From contig CAUZDW010000005.1 in assembly GCA_963578825.1 (NCBI GenBank), forward strand, positions 67,608 to 131,607: a stretch of 64,000 nt of DNA, in the 5' to 3' direction. The stretch comes from Vicinamibacteria bacterium. Its GTDB lineage: Bacteria; Acidobacteriota; Vicinamibacteria; Fen-336. This document shows, one piece after another, positions 1 to 8,535 of the stretch (position 1 is its first letter; the number at the start of each line of letters is the position of its first letter). The notes beneath the pieces are model-generated. The model did no database searches and was not told the origin of the DNA. It saw only the letters and a list, made by a program, of their open reading frames with translations. Both the position numbers and the translations under genes were made by a program.

Positions 1-71
1 CCGCTCGTGGTAGCGGACGATGGCCTCGACGTTTGACTCTCCCTCGATCAAGCGCCTCCTCCCGATGGTCC

Positions 72-1418
72 TTAGGCGGGCAGCGGCTCGAAGAGGGCCG
101 TGAAGTGCCGCAGGACTGCAGGAGCCCGGGTGATCCGGTACCCGCGGAGGGTCTCCTTCAGGCTCGCGACTCCGATCACGGCCTCGGCGACGTAGTCGGT
201 GTGCGACTGCATGTAGACCCGGCGGGGATGGCGAGCCGCACCAGATCCATGGCCGCCGGAGACTCCTTTCCGTCGGCGCCGAGACCGAACATCACCGTGC
301 CGATCTCGACCCCCCGGATCCCGGCCTCCAGGTACAGAGCGTCCGCCAGCGCGATGCCCGGGTACTGCAGCGGGGGAATGTGAGGCAGGAGCGCCCGGGC
401 GTCGATGTAGACGGCATGGTCGCCTGCCGGCCACAGGAGCGGGATGCCAGCCGCGGCGAGACGCTCGTGCAGGTATTCGATCGAGCACCTCCTTCAGGCC
501 GCGGGCCACCGCCTCGAGGTCGTATCCTGCCAGCCCTCCGTACGTCGGGAACCCTTCGGTCAGGATCAGCAGGTTGCGGCACCGCTCCGCCCACGCATCG
601 TCGTTGAGCGCCAGAAAGCCCCCGATGTTGGCGAGGCCGTCCTTTTTCGCCGACATCGTGCAGCCGTCGGCGAGGGAGAACATCTTCCTGGCGATCTCAC
701 GGGGAGTGCGCGCGGCCTGCCCCTCTTCGCGCATCTTGATGAACCAGGCGTTCTCGGCGAATCGGCACGCGTCGAGAAAGAAGGGCTTCTTGAAGCGGTC
801 ACAGAGCCTGCGGACTCCACGCAGGTTTTCCAGGGACACGGGCTGTCCGCCTCCGATGTTGTTCGTCACGGTGACCATCACCAGCGGAATGCGGTCGCCG
901 TCCTCCTCGAGAGTCTTCTCGAGGGACTCCAGGTCCACGTTTCCCTTGAACGGATGCACTCGAGACGGTACGCGCCCCTCGGGGATCACGAGATCCCGGG
1001 CTTCGGCCTGCTCGGCTTCGATGTTGGCTCTCGTCGTGTCGAAGTGGTTGTTGTTGGGCACGACCTGGCCCGGCTCGAGCGTGCTGCTGAAGAGGATGCG
1101 CTCCGCGGCGAGGCCCTGGTGCGTGGGAATGACGTACTCGAAGCCCGTGAGGTCCTGCACCACGTCGCGAAACCGGAAGTAGGAACGGCTCCCCGCGTAG
1201 GATTCGTCCCCCTGCATGAGAGCTCCCCACTGCACGGCCGACATTGCACCGGTTCCGGAGTCGGTCAGCAGATCGATCAGAACGTCCTCGGCACGCAGCC
1301 GGAAGACGTTGTATCCCGCCTCGCGGAGTGCGGCCTCCCGCTCCTCGCGCCGGGTGAACTTGATCGACTCCACCGACTTGATCCGAAACGGCTCGATGAT
1401 CGTCTTGAAGTCCTGCAT
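72..1418 (-). CDS. Tryptophanase / tyrosine phenol-lyase family beta-eliminating lyase (PLP-dependent). The single ORF hides two compensating frameshifts; the true frame between ~221 and ~483 is the adjacent one.
   Basis: N-terminus MQDFKTIIEPFRIKSVE...IPTHQGLAAE...MSAKKD and C-terminus LAIPRRVYMQSHTDYV...RHFTA match TnaA/TPL. The central 90 aa of the ORF frame is Arg/Pro/Gly junk. The neighbouring frame gives EYLHERLAAAGIPLLWPAGDHAVYIDARALLPHIPPLQYPGIALADALYLEAGIRGVEIG, which matches TPL. Confidence 0.75.
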   Translation of the reverse strand: MQDFKTIIEPFRIKSVESIKFTRREEREAALREAGYNVFRLRAEDVLIDLLTDSGTGAMSAVQWGALMQGDESYAGSRSYFRFRDVVQDLTGFEYVIPTHQGLAAERILFSSTLEPGQVVPNNNHFDTTRANIEAEQAEARDLVIPEGRVPSRVHPFKGNVDLESLEKTLEEDGDRIPLVMVTVTNNIGGGQPVSLENLRGVRRLCDRFKKPFFLDACRFAENAWFIKMREEGQAARTPREIARKMFSLADGCTMSAKKDGLANIGGFLALNDDAWAERCRNLLILTEGFPTYGGLAGYDLEAVARGLKEVLDRIPARASRRGWHPAPVAGRRPCRLHRRPGAPASHSPAAVPGHRAGGRSVPGGRDPGGRDRHGDVRSRRRRKGVSGGHGSGAARHPRRVYMQSHTDYVAEAVIGVASLKETLRGYRITRAPAVLRHFTALFEPLPA

Positions 1419-1469
1419 GCGTGACCTCTCAATGAGACAGGGCCGGATTCCAGCACCCCAGCATATCGC

Positions 1470-2750
1470 TCAGTCTACTTCGGAGGCGGCCCGAGACCGT
1501 CGAGTCAGCCAGAACGCAGCGAGGCCGACGATGACCACGCCGACAGCGATCATTCCCTCGCGGGCGGTGGCGCCGAAACCCGCCAGCGTTACAGCCATCA
1601 CGAGCGTCAGCGGCGCCGGCCAGGCGTCACGCGGCCGAAGCCCGTGCTCGCGGCGAACGGCCAGGGCGACAAGCGCCGCGGCAGTGACGCCGAACTGCAA
1701 GAGCACAGTCAGGCTCGACAGCGCGAACAGCTCGTCCAGATCACCGACCACGAGAAAGACCCCGACCAGGAGCCACGTGACGGCGAGCGCACGGCGGGGC
1801 ACCCCGTCCGCGCCGACGCGGTCGAGCCCGAGCAGCCCGCCTGCCCCAGCCGCCATCGACGAGAGGTAGCGTGGTGTCGTGACGATCATTCCGAAACAGA
1901 TACCGAACGCGGAGATGCTCGTGCCGAGGTACACGATCGTCGAGAGCTTCGCCCCTCCAAGCACGCCCGCGGCATCGACGAGCGGTGTCGCGGATGTTGC
2001 GAGGTCCGGAAGCGCCACGACGCAGGCCCACGCCAGGCCCACATAGAGCGTCACGGACAATACGAGCGAGCCCACGGTCGCTCGGGGGACGGCCCGTGCC
2101 GAGGACCGCACCTGGCCGGCGATGACCGGGACGATCTCGAAGCCCTGGCAGGCGAACATGGCGACGAGCCCGGCCCGGAGCCACCCGACGCCGGGCATCG
2201 CGGGCGCCGGGGACACGGTCGGCCCCGTGTACGCCCACCAGGCGACCAGGAGAAGCAGCAACGGGGCGAGCTTGAGGACGGTGAGACCGGTCCACAGCCA
2301 GGCGGAGAGCCGCAGGCCCGACAAGACGATCAGGGTGATCACGCTGAGCATCCCGAGTCCGGCCAGCCGGAGCACGAGCTCTCCTTCGACGCCGATCATT
2401 GCCAGCACGGCCTGGGTGAGGCCCGCGAGGACCGCAGCCGTGGAAAAGAACGCGCTCACGTACGTGATCCAGCCCACCAGCACGGAGAAGCCTTCGCCGA
2501 AGGCCGCCCGTGCGAACACCACGGGCCCGCCGTCCTCGTCGAAGCAACTCCCGAGGCGAGCGAAAGCGAAGGCCGCGGGGAGGAGGACGAGGCCGGTCAG
2601 CGCGAAGACCCAGACGGTGCCGAATCCCGGCGCGTTGGCGGCCACTGCCGCCGGCACGAAGAAGATGCCGACTCCAACGATGCCGTTGACACCGAGCGCG
2701 AGGAGCTGGAACGTGCCGACGGCTCTCGATGCGTCGTCTGCCGAGGACAT
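1470..2750 (-). CDS. APC-superfamily amino acid permease
   Basis: 426 aa, about 12 predicted TM helices. The N-terminal GxxxLxxGxxxGxGIF motif is typical of APC transporters. The start overlaps the stop of the upstream ATP-grasp gene, suggesting translational coupling. Confidence 0.8.
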   Translation of the reverse strand: MSSADDASRAVGTFQLLALGVNGIVGVGIFFVPAAVAANAPGFGTVWVFALTGLVLLPAAFAFARLGSCFDEDGGPVVFARAAFGEGFSVLVGWITYVSAFFSTAAVLAGLTQAVLAMIGVEGELVLRLAGLGMLSVITLIVLSGLRLSAWLWTGLTVLKLAPLLLLLVAWWAYTGPTVSPAPAMPGVGWLRAGLVAMFACQGFEIVPVIAGQVRSSARAVPRATVGSLVLSVTLYVGLAWACVVALPDLATSATPLVDAAGVLGGAKLSTIVYLGTSISAFGICFGMIVTTPRYLSSMAAGAGGLLGLDRVGADGVPRRALAVTWLLVGVFLVVGDLDELFALSSLTVLLQFGVTAAALVALAVRREHGLRPRDAWPAPLTLVMAVTLAGFGATAREGMIAVGVVIVGLAAFWLTRRSRAASEVD

Positions 2751-3928
2751 CAGGGGCGGGGCTCGACGAGAAACGACGGGACCTGTCCGGCGCCGGAGGT
2801 GACGTTGGCCAGGGACGTGGCGGAGAGGCGGGTCAGGAATCCCTCGACCTCGCCTCCAAAGACGTAGGGGTCGAGATCGACCACGAACTCACCGAACTCC
2901 ACCTGCCCCCGATCACTATCGGACCCCTCGTCGGAGGAGAGCAACGGGAACTCCTGGCGCATCACGTCCACGCGTTCCTGGACGACGAAGGAGGACTCGA
3001 GGGCCTCCGCCAGGGCGTTCGCCCAGTCGGCGTCGCTCATCTCCCATCCGATGAAGACGCCCTTGCCCCCATACTCGTCGTTGGGTTTCATGACGAGCCG
3101 CTCGCGGTGGGCGAGGATGAAGGCCGGCAGGTCCACTTCCTCGCCGCCCCGCTCGCTGTGACCCTCGTGCACTCGGCGGGTCCAGGGCACATGGGCGCGA
3201 ATCGCTGCGCGCTCCTTGTCGTTGAAGAGTCCCTGCACGGCCTCGTCGGTGAGGACAGCGAAGATCGCCTTCTTGTGAATCGGCTTGCATCGGAACGGGT
3301 TTACGATCACCGCGGCCCGCTCACGGCCCGCCTCGACCAGCGCGCGCACCTCGTCGCGACGCTCGAGCAGCTCGTTGACGAGGAGTCGCTTGTACACGAT
3401 GTCGATGGTCCGTCCCTCGTGATGCAGCCGTCCGCCCTCGTAGGCCAGGTGTCGCGGATCGCACACGAGCGTGGGGCAACCCCGGGACTCGAAGTACTCG
3501 CGCACCATGTGGTGCTCCACTCGCGTCGGCACGTCCTCGTAGTCGACCACCGCGATCGTCGGCTTCTCCTTCTGTCCCCCCGCCTCGCGATAGCAGTCCA
3601 GGAGGGTCGCGAGCAGCCTGCGCCCGGTGTGGAAGGGCGTGAGAGTCCAGCGCTCCTGGAACCGCCGGACCGCCGGGATCTCGAGGAAGGTCTCGGCCAG
3701 CCTGTCCGCGTAGGCGCCGCCAGCCGGCGTCTCCGCATTGAGCTCGACGAACTGGTAGCTCGACGGCGTGACGAAGGAGTCGAGACGCGCCAGCGGCGCC
3801 GAGCGGCGGAAGCCCGGGTCGAAGCGGGCGAGCTCGCGCTCCTCGGGCAGCAGGTCCACTCGATCCCACAGCTCCTCGCCGAGGGCGGACTCGAGGGTCT
3901 CGATGGCGCGCAAGATGCCGCGGCACAC
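2750..3928 (-). CDS. Circularly permuted ATP-grasp protein (CP_ATPgrasp/DUF404-like), main 392-aa segment downstream of an in-frame TAG
   Basis: Motifs RLDSFVTPSSYQFVELNAETPAGGAY and LVMKPNDEYGGKGVFIGWE resemble the nucleotide-binding region of permuted ATP-grasp ligases. The same reading frame continues upstream through a TAG at 3941-3943. Confidence 0.5.
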   Translation of the reverse strand: MCRGILRAIETLESALGEELWDRVDLLPEERELARFDPGFRRSAPLARLDSFVTPSSYQFVELNAETPAGGAYADRLAETFLEIPAVRRFQERWTLTPFHTGRRLLATLLDCYREAGGQKEKPTIAVVDYEDVPTRVEHHMVREYFESRGCPTLVCDPRHLAYEGGRLHHEGRTIDIVYKRLLVNELLERRDEVRALVEAGRERAAVIVNPFRCKPIHKKAIFAVLTDEAVQGLFNDKERAAIRAHVPWTRRVHEGHSERGGEEVDLPAFILAHRERLVMKPNDEYGGKGVFIGWEMSDADWANALAEALESSFVVQERVDVMRQEFPLLSSDEGSDSDRGQVEFGEFVVDLDPYVFGGEVEGFLTRLSATSLANVTSGAGQVPSFLVEPRP

Positions 3929-3940
3929 GTCTCCGATCTG

Positions 3941-4123
3941 CTAGTAGACGCCGGGAGCGACGAGGTTGGGGCGGGGGAACGCGCACAGCATGCGCCCCCC
4001 GAACGTGAGGTCCGCCTCGCGCATCCGGACAAAGAACCGCTCCTCGAGCTCTTGTGCCAGGGCCCGATCGTCCTTCAGGAGGCCGTGGTACTCAGCGATG
4101 GCGCGCGAGCTGACGGGGTCCAT
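3941..4123 (-). pseudogene. N-terminal 60-aa fragment of the same ATP-grasp gene, terminated by in-frame amber codon (GVY*QIGD)
   Basis: Same frame as 2750..3928. The minus-strand sequence reads GTC TAC TAG CAG ATC GGA GAC. The N-terminal residues YHGLLKDDRALAQELEERF fit the family N-terminus. Confidence 0.45.
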
Positions 4124-4212
4124 TCCGGCGGCATTATTGATCAGAAGCGTCGGCGGTGACGAGGCCTCGCTAAGGGCTGCTAGAATCGCGGCCGAGGCCC
4201 GAACTCACCTCC

Positions 4213-6375
4213 ATGGCCGAGCCCCGTCCCCCCGCTGAGCCCGTACTCGACATTCGCGTGCGCTGGCGCGCCGGCCAGGTCTTCCTCGGGCTGGCCGGCC
4301 TGCTCACGCTCGTTGCCCTGGCGCGCCCTCTCGGCGGCGGCGATGCGTCTGCGAACTGGCTCAGGGCGGCGGACGCGCTCCTCATCGGCGTGGGCGTCAC
4401 CGGCTCGGCGCTTCTCGCCAGCCTGCGGGGCCACAAGCGCGCGGAGGCTCTTGCCCTCTACGCCTTTCTCGTGCTCTCCGTCGACGCCCTGGCCCAGGTC
4501 GCGGGACCGGCGGGGCTTCCGGTCTGGCCGCTCATGGTGCTGCTCGTCGGGGCGCAAGCCGTGGCGGAGGAGCTGCCCGTGGCGCTGGCATTCGCGGCTC
4601 AGGCCACGCTCCTTGCCGCCGCCGAGGCGCTCTCGGCTCAGCCTCGGGACTGGTGGCCCGTGGCCGCCGCGGCCCTGGGCTATCCAGCCCTCGCCTTCGT
4701 GGTCAATCGGGCGTTGTCCGGCGAGAAGCGACGACTGAGCGCGGCGCTGGCCGAGCTGGCCCGGCTCAAGCACGGGATCGACCAGCTCGAGGACGAGCCC
4801 TCGGATGCTCCCGCCCCGGCGACGAGCGCCACCCACGCGCTCCGCCAGGTCTCGGAGGAGGGCCGGCGCGCACGGCAGCTCGATCGGGCGACCGAGCTCG
4901 ACGAGTCCCTTGCCCGCATCGTCGACGTCGCCCGCCGTGCCCTCGGCGCCCACGGCGTCCTCTACTTCGACGTCGATCGTCAGGGCGAGAGGGCGCTCCT
5001 GCGGGCCGGTGACGGCCCGCCGTCGCTCCTGCCGGACTGCGTGGTTCCCCTGGGCACGGACCCGTTCAGCTTCGTGATGGAGCGGAGCCAGACCTTCTAC
5101 GCGACGGACTTCAAGCGTCTGCTCTGGAACCTCCCCTGGTACCAGGGACAGGTGAAGATCGGCTCGCTGATCGCCGTGCCCGTCCGAGCGGGTGACGGCA
5201 TCGTGGGCGTGCTCGTGGCCGACCGGCCCGAGGTCCAGTCGTTCACCGGTGAAGAGCCGCGGCTGCTCGACCGGTTCGCCGTCCTTGCCGCCGAGGCCAT
5301 CCAGAGAACCCGAGCCTCCCTTGGCCGCGAGGAGCTGGACGCCGAGTTCAAGGCGGTCTACCCCATCTCGCAGCGGCTGGCGACGCTCTCGCGCGAGGCC
5401 GAGGTCTGGGAGCTGCTGCTGCGCTCGGCCCGCCACCTCGTGGCCCTCGAGGGGGGGGCGGTGGTGATGACCGACGACCTGGACACCCGCTACGTGGTGG
5501 CGGCCGCCCACGGCTGGTCCGAGGAGTTCGTGAAAAGGGAGGTGGCTCTCGACGAGCGCACCTGGGCGGCCTGGGTGCTGCGCAGCGCCGAGGCGGCGTA
5601 CCTGCTCGACAACGTCGCGGGACACGAGAACCGGATGCCGGTGCTCGTCCTGGATGAAGGCGCGGCGCGGGCGGCGTCCCTGCTCGCGGTGCCGCTCAGA
5701 GCACGGAACCGAACGCTGGGCGCCCTCATTCTCACCGCCCCTCGCGGGGCCTTCGACGCGTCCTTTCGCCGTATCCTGGAGATCCTCGCCAACCAGGCGG
5801 CGGCCACCCTCTCGCTCATCAAGGACCGCGAGCAGCAGCGGGAGCTGGCCGTGCGTGACGGCCTCACCAGCCTCTACAACCGCCGGGCGTTCAACGAGCA
5901 GCTCGTCGCCTCGATAGCCAACGAGGACCGACGCGAGGAGGGCCGTCTCGGTCTCATCATCCTGGACCTCGACCACTTCAAGAAGCTCAACGACACGTTC
6001 GGCCACCCCGCAGGCGACGCCGCGCTGCGCTCCTGCGCTCGGCTTCTCATGCAGCATCTCCGCAAGGGCGACCAGGCCGCGCGCTTCGGGGGCGAGGAGT
6101 TCGTGATCATCCTTCCGGGGCTCGACGAGGACCGGGCCGTTCAGGCGGCCGAGCGCCTTCGCGTCGGCGTCGAGAAGCACCGGCTCGTCTTCGAGGGGGC
6201 ACGCATTCCCCTGGCGGCCAGCTTTGGCGTCGCGGTGTGGCCTGCCGATGGACGCGACCCGGAGGCCCTGCTGGCCTCGGCGGATCGAGCGCTTTACAGC
6301 GCCAAGGAGTCCGGTCGAAACCGCGTCGTCGCGGCCTCGGGCATGCCCGGGCCCCCTGCAGATCCTGCCCTCTGA
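4213..6375 (+). CDS. Membrane-anchored diguanylate cyclase: N-terminal TM region, tandem GAF domains, C-terminal GGDEF domain
   Basis: GGEEF active-site motif; RxxD-like context; YNRRAFNEQL...LDLDHFKKLNDTFGH typical GGDEF domain; hydrophobic N-terminus. Confidence 0.9.
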   Translation: MAEPRPPAEPVLDIRVRWRAGQVFLGLAGLLTLVALARPLGGGDASANWLRAADALLIGVGVTGSALLASLRGHKRAEALALYAFLVLSVDALAQVAGPAGLPVWPLMVLLVGAQAVAEELPVALAFAAQATLLAAAEALSAQPRDWWPVAAAALGYPALAFVVNRALSGEKRRLSAALAELARLKHGIDQLEDEPSDAPAPATSATHALRQVSEEGRRARQLDRATELDESLARIVDVARRALGAHGVLYFDVDRQGERALLRAGDGPPSLLPDCVVPLGTDPFSFVMERSQTFYATDFKRLLWNLPWYQGQVKIGSLIAVPVRAGDGIVGVLVADRPEVQSFTGEEPRLLDRFAVLAAEAIQRTRASLGREELDAEFKAVYPISQRLATLSREAEVWELLLRSARHLVALEGGAVVMTDDLDTRYVVAAAHGWSEEFVKREVALDERTWAAWVLRSAEAAYLLDNVAGHENRMPVLVLDEGAARAASLLAVPLRARNRTLGALILTAPRGAFDASFRRILEILANQAAATLSLIKDREQQRELAVRDGLTSLYNRRAFNEQLVASIANEDRREEGRLGLIILDLDHFKKLNDTFGHPAGDAALRSCARLLMQHLRKGDQAARFGGEEFVIILPGLDEDRAVQAAERLRVGVEKHRLVFEGARIPLAASFGVAVWPADGRDPEALLASADRALYSAKESGRNRVVAASGMPGPPADPAL

Positions 6376-6448
6376 GGGCTGCCCCGGGCTGGCGCCAGGT
6401 CCGGCGCTCTGTCACAGTCGAGGAAAGACGGACAGAGGAGGGGACGCG

Positions 6449-6871
6449 ATGGGACGCCGGATTCCGGGTGTGCTGGCCGGGCTGGTCCTGCTGCTATCGA
6501 CCGTCCCGGCCGGGGCGCAGGAGGGGGCCATCGAGCAGGCTCGGACCGCCGCCCGCGCCTGGCTTGCGCTGCTCGACGGCCACGAGTACCACGAGAGCTG
6601 GGACGCTGCCGGGGGGTTGCTCAAGGGCGCGGTCAGCCAGGAGGAGTGGACGGTGAGGTGGTCCGCGACGCTCGGTCCGCTGGGAGCCGTAGCCTCACGG
6701 ACCGCGAAGTCCTCCGAATACTCCACCAAGTTGCCCGGTGCGCCCGACGGCGAATACGTGGTCCTCAACTTCGACACGGCGTTCGAAAACAAGCAGACGG
6801 TTGTAGAGATGGTGGTGCTGAGGAAGGAGCCGGACGGGCTCTGGCGCGTCTCGGGGTACCGCATCCTCTGA
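6449..6871 (+). CDS. Secreted DUF4019-like protein (signal peptide)
   Basis: Starts MGRRIPGVLAGLVLLLSTVPAGAQEG with SD AGGAGGGG 7 nt upstream. The upstream part of ORF 6224..6871 is Arg/Pro-rich and unlikely to be coding. Confidence 0.55.
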   Translation: MGRRIPGVLAGLVLLLSTVPAGAQEGAIEQARTAARAWLALLDGHEYHESWDAAGGLLKGAVSQEEWTVRWSATLGPLGAVASRTAKSSEYSTKLPGAPDGEYVVLNFDTAFENKQTVVEMVVLRKEPDGLWRVSGYRIL

Positions 6872-6908
6872 GCATGTCCTGCCGATTCCCCGAGTCCTGG
6901 GAGGTCTG

Positions 6909-7499
6909 ATGAGCGAGCCTCGACTGAAGATGTTGATTATCAACGGCAGCGTTCGTCCGGGTAACTACACGGCCATGGCCTCCGCGGTCGTTGCCGACGA
7001 GCTCGGGAAGGACTCGGACGTCGCGGTCGAGACGATCGACCCGTCCACGCTGGAGCTCCCTCCTCCAGGCCTCCCCGGCTCCGTGGACACCAAGGAGCTC
7101 CAGGAGAAGGTGCGCCAGGCCAGCGGAATCGTTCTCGCGACCCCGGAGTACCACGGCAGATTCAGCAGCGTGATGAAGCTTGTCATCGAGAACCTCGGCT
7201 TCCCGTCGGTGCTCTCGGGCAAGCTCGTGGCGCTCCTCGGCGTGGCGGCCGGGAGCATCGGGGCCATCAAGTCCCTCGAGCAGCTCCGCGGCGTCTGCGC
7301 TCACGTCGGGGCCATCGCCCTGCCCCTTCCGATCTCCGTGCCGAACGTCCAGAAGGCTTTTGCCCCGGACGGGACCTGCACGGATCCGGCGGTGGAGAAG
7401 CTGATCTGGCGCGTCGGGACCGGCCTTCTGGACTACGTGCGGCGGAGCGTCTGCCCGCGGGTTCAGCTCGAACAGCTCCTCCGCGAGGGAGCGGCCTAG
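6909..7499 (+). CDS. NAD(P)H-dependent FMN reductase family flavoprotein
   Basis: MLIINGSVRPGNYT...LATPEYHGRFSSVMK motif of the FMN_red family; strong SD GGGAGG; TAG stop. Confidence 0.8.
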   Translation: MSEPRLKMLIINGSVRPGNYTAMASAVVADELGKDSDVAVETIDPSTLELPPPGLPGSVDTKELQEKVRQASGIVLATPEYHGRFSSVMKLVIENLGFPSVLSGKLVALLGVAAGSIGAIKSLEQLRGVCAHVGAIALPLPISVPNVQKAFAPDGTCTDPAVEKLIWRVGTGLLDYVRRSVCPRVQLEQLLREGAA

Positions 7500-7529
7500 A
7501 GACGCTCCTGTCCACGGGGCGAAGCGGGG

Positions 7530-8207
7530 ATGCCCACGCGGCTCAAGGTCTGCTGCATCGAGTCCGAGGACGAGGCTCGTCTGGCTGTCGCGCTGGGGGC
7601 ATCGGCTCTCGGGCTCGTGTCGGCGATGCCCAGTGGGCCCGGGGTCATCGGTGAGGACCGGATCGCGTCGATCGCGGGCCGCGTGCCACCGGGCGTGGCG
7701 ACGTTTCTTCTGACGTCGGCGACATCCGTGGAGGAGATCGTGGCCCAGCAACGGCGCTGCCGGACGAGCACCGTCCAGGTCTGCGACAGGCTGAGGGAAG
7801 GCGGGCACGCCGAGCTGAAGGACCGGCTTCCCGGCGTGAAGATCGTTCAGGTCGTCCACGTCGTCGACAGCGATGCCTTGGACGAGGCGGTTCTGGCGGC
7901 TCGAGACGCCGACGCCATCCTCCTGGATTCCGGCCGACCCGGGGCGGCGGTCAAGGAGCTGGGCGGGACCGGGCGCGTGCACGACTGGGCCGTGAGCGCC
8001 GAGATCCGCGAGGCCGTAGCGCCCCTGCCGCTCTATCTCGCCGGGGGGCTCCGACCCTCGAACGTGGGTGACGCGATCCACGCCGTGCGCCCCTTCGGGA
8101 TCGACGTCTGCAGCGGCGTCCGTCAGGACGGCCGTCTCCACCGGGACACCCTCCTGGCGTTCATCCGGGCCATCGGGGAGGCGGACGCCTCTTTCCCGGC
8201 GGTCTAG
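7530..8207 (+). CDS. trpF: Phosphoribosylanthranilate isomerase
   Basis: LKVCCIESEDEAR...GIDVCSGVRQDGRLHRD matches the TrpF (PRAI) signature; stand-alone trpF. Confidence 0.85.
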   Translation: MPTRLKVCCIESEDEARLAVALGASALGLVSAMPSGPGVIGEDRIASIAGRVPPGVATFLLTSATSVEEIVAQQRRCRTSTVQVCDRLREGGHAELKDRLPGVKIVQVVHVVDSDALDEAVLAARDADAILLDSGRPGAAVKELGGTGRVHDWAVSAEIREAVAPLPLYLAGGLRPSNVGDAIHAVRPFGIDVCSGVRQDGRLHRDTLLAFIRAIGEADASFPAV

Positions 8208-8518
8208 CCGGACTTCTTCTCTCCGAAAAGCGCGTCGAATGCGTCCCGAGCTTTTTCGGGTCCGGACCCCGACCCCAACATCCCGGGGTTGCTCAGCGCC
8301 GAAGTCTTGCGGAAGTCGAAGAACTCACAGAAGTTGGACTTGTCCTTGTCCGTGACCCACTCGCCCTGGGGCTCCCGGCACTGGTTGTTGACGCCTGGAT
8401 CGTGAAGCCGGCAGTTCAGACAGCATTTGAGGTCGGAGTAGCAGTGCGGACAGCCGTCGGTCCTCGCGACGGCGGCGCCGAGCTTGAGCTCCCGACCGCA
8501 ATGGTGGCAGGCCTTCAT
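8204..8518 (-). CDS. Small cysteine-rich zinc-ribbon protein (hypothetical)
   Basis: 104 aa with CxxC...CxxC...CCxxC...C pattern; convergent with trpF and overlapping by 4 nt. Confidence 0.5.
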   Translation of the reverse strand: MKACHHCGRELKLGAAVARTDGCPHCYSDLKCCLNCRLHDPGVNNQCREPQGEWVTDKDKSNFCEFFDFRKTSALSNPGMLGSGSGPEKARDAFDALFGEKKSG

Positions 8519-8535
8519 TCACCACGCACTCTAGT

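Noticed and set aside
1644-2867. 407-aa plus-strand ORF overlapping the APC permease gene
   Set aside because: Composition dominated by R/E/D/G with no motifs; antisense artefact.
4180-6180. 666-aa minus-strand ORF antisense to the GGDEF gene
   Set aside because: Arg/Gly/Pro-rich low-complexity translation typical of off-frame GC-rich DNA; the plus-strand gene has clear domain signatures.
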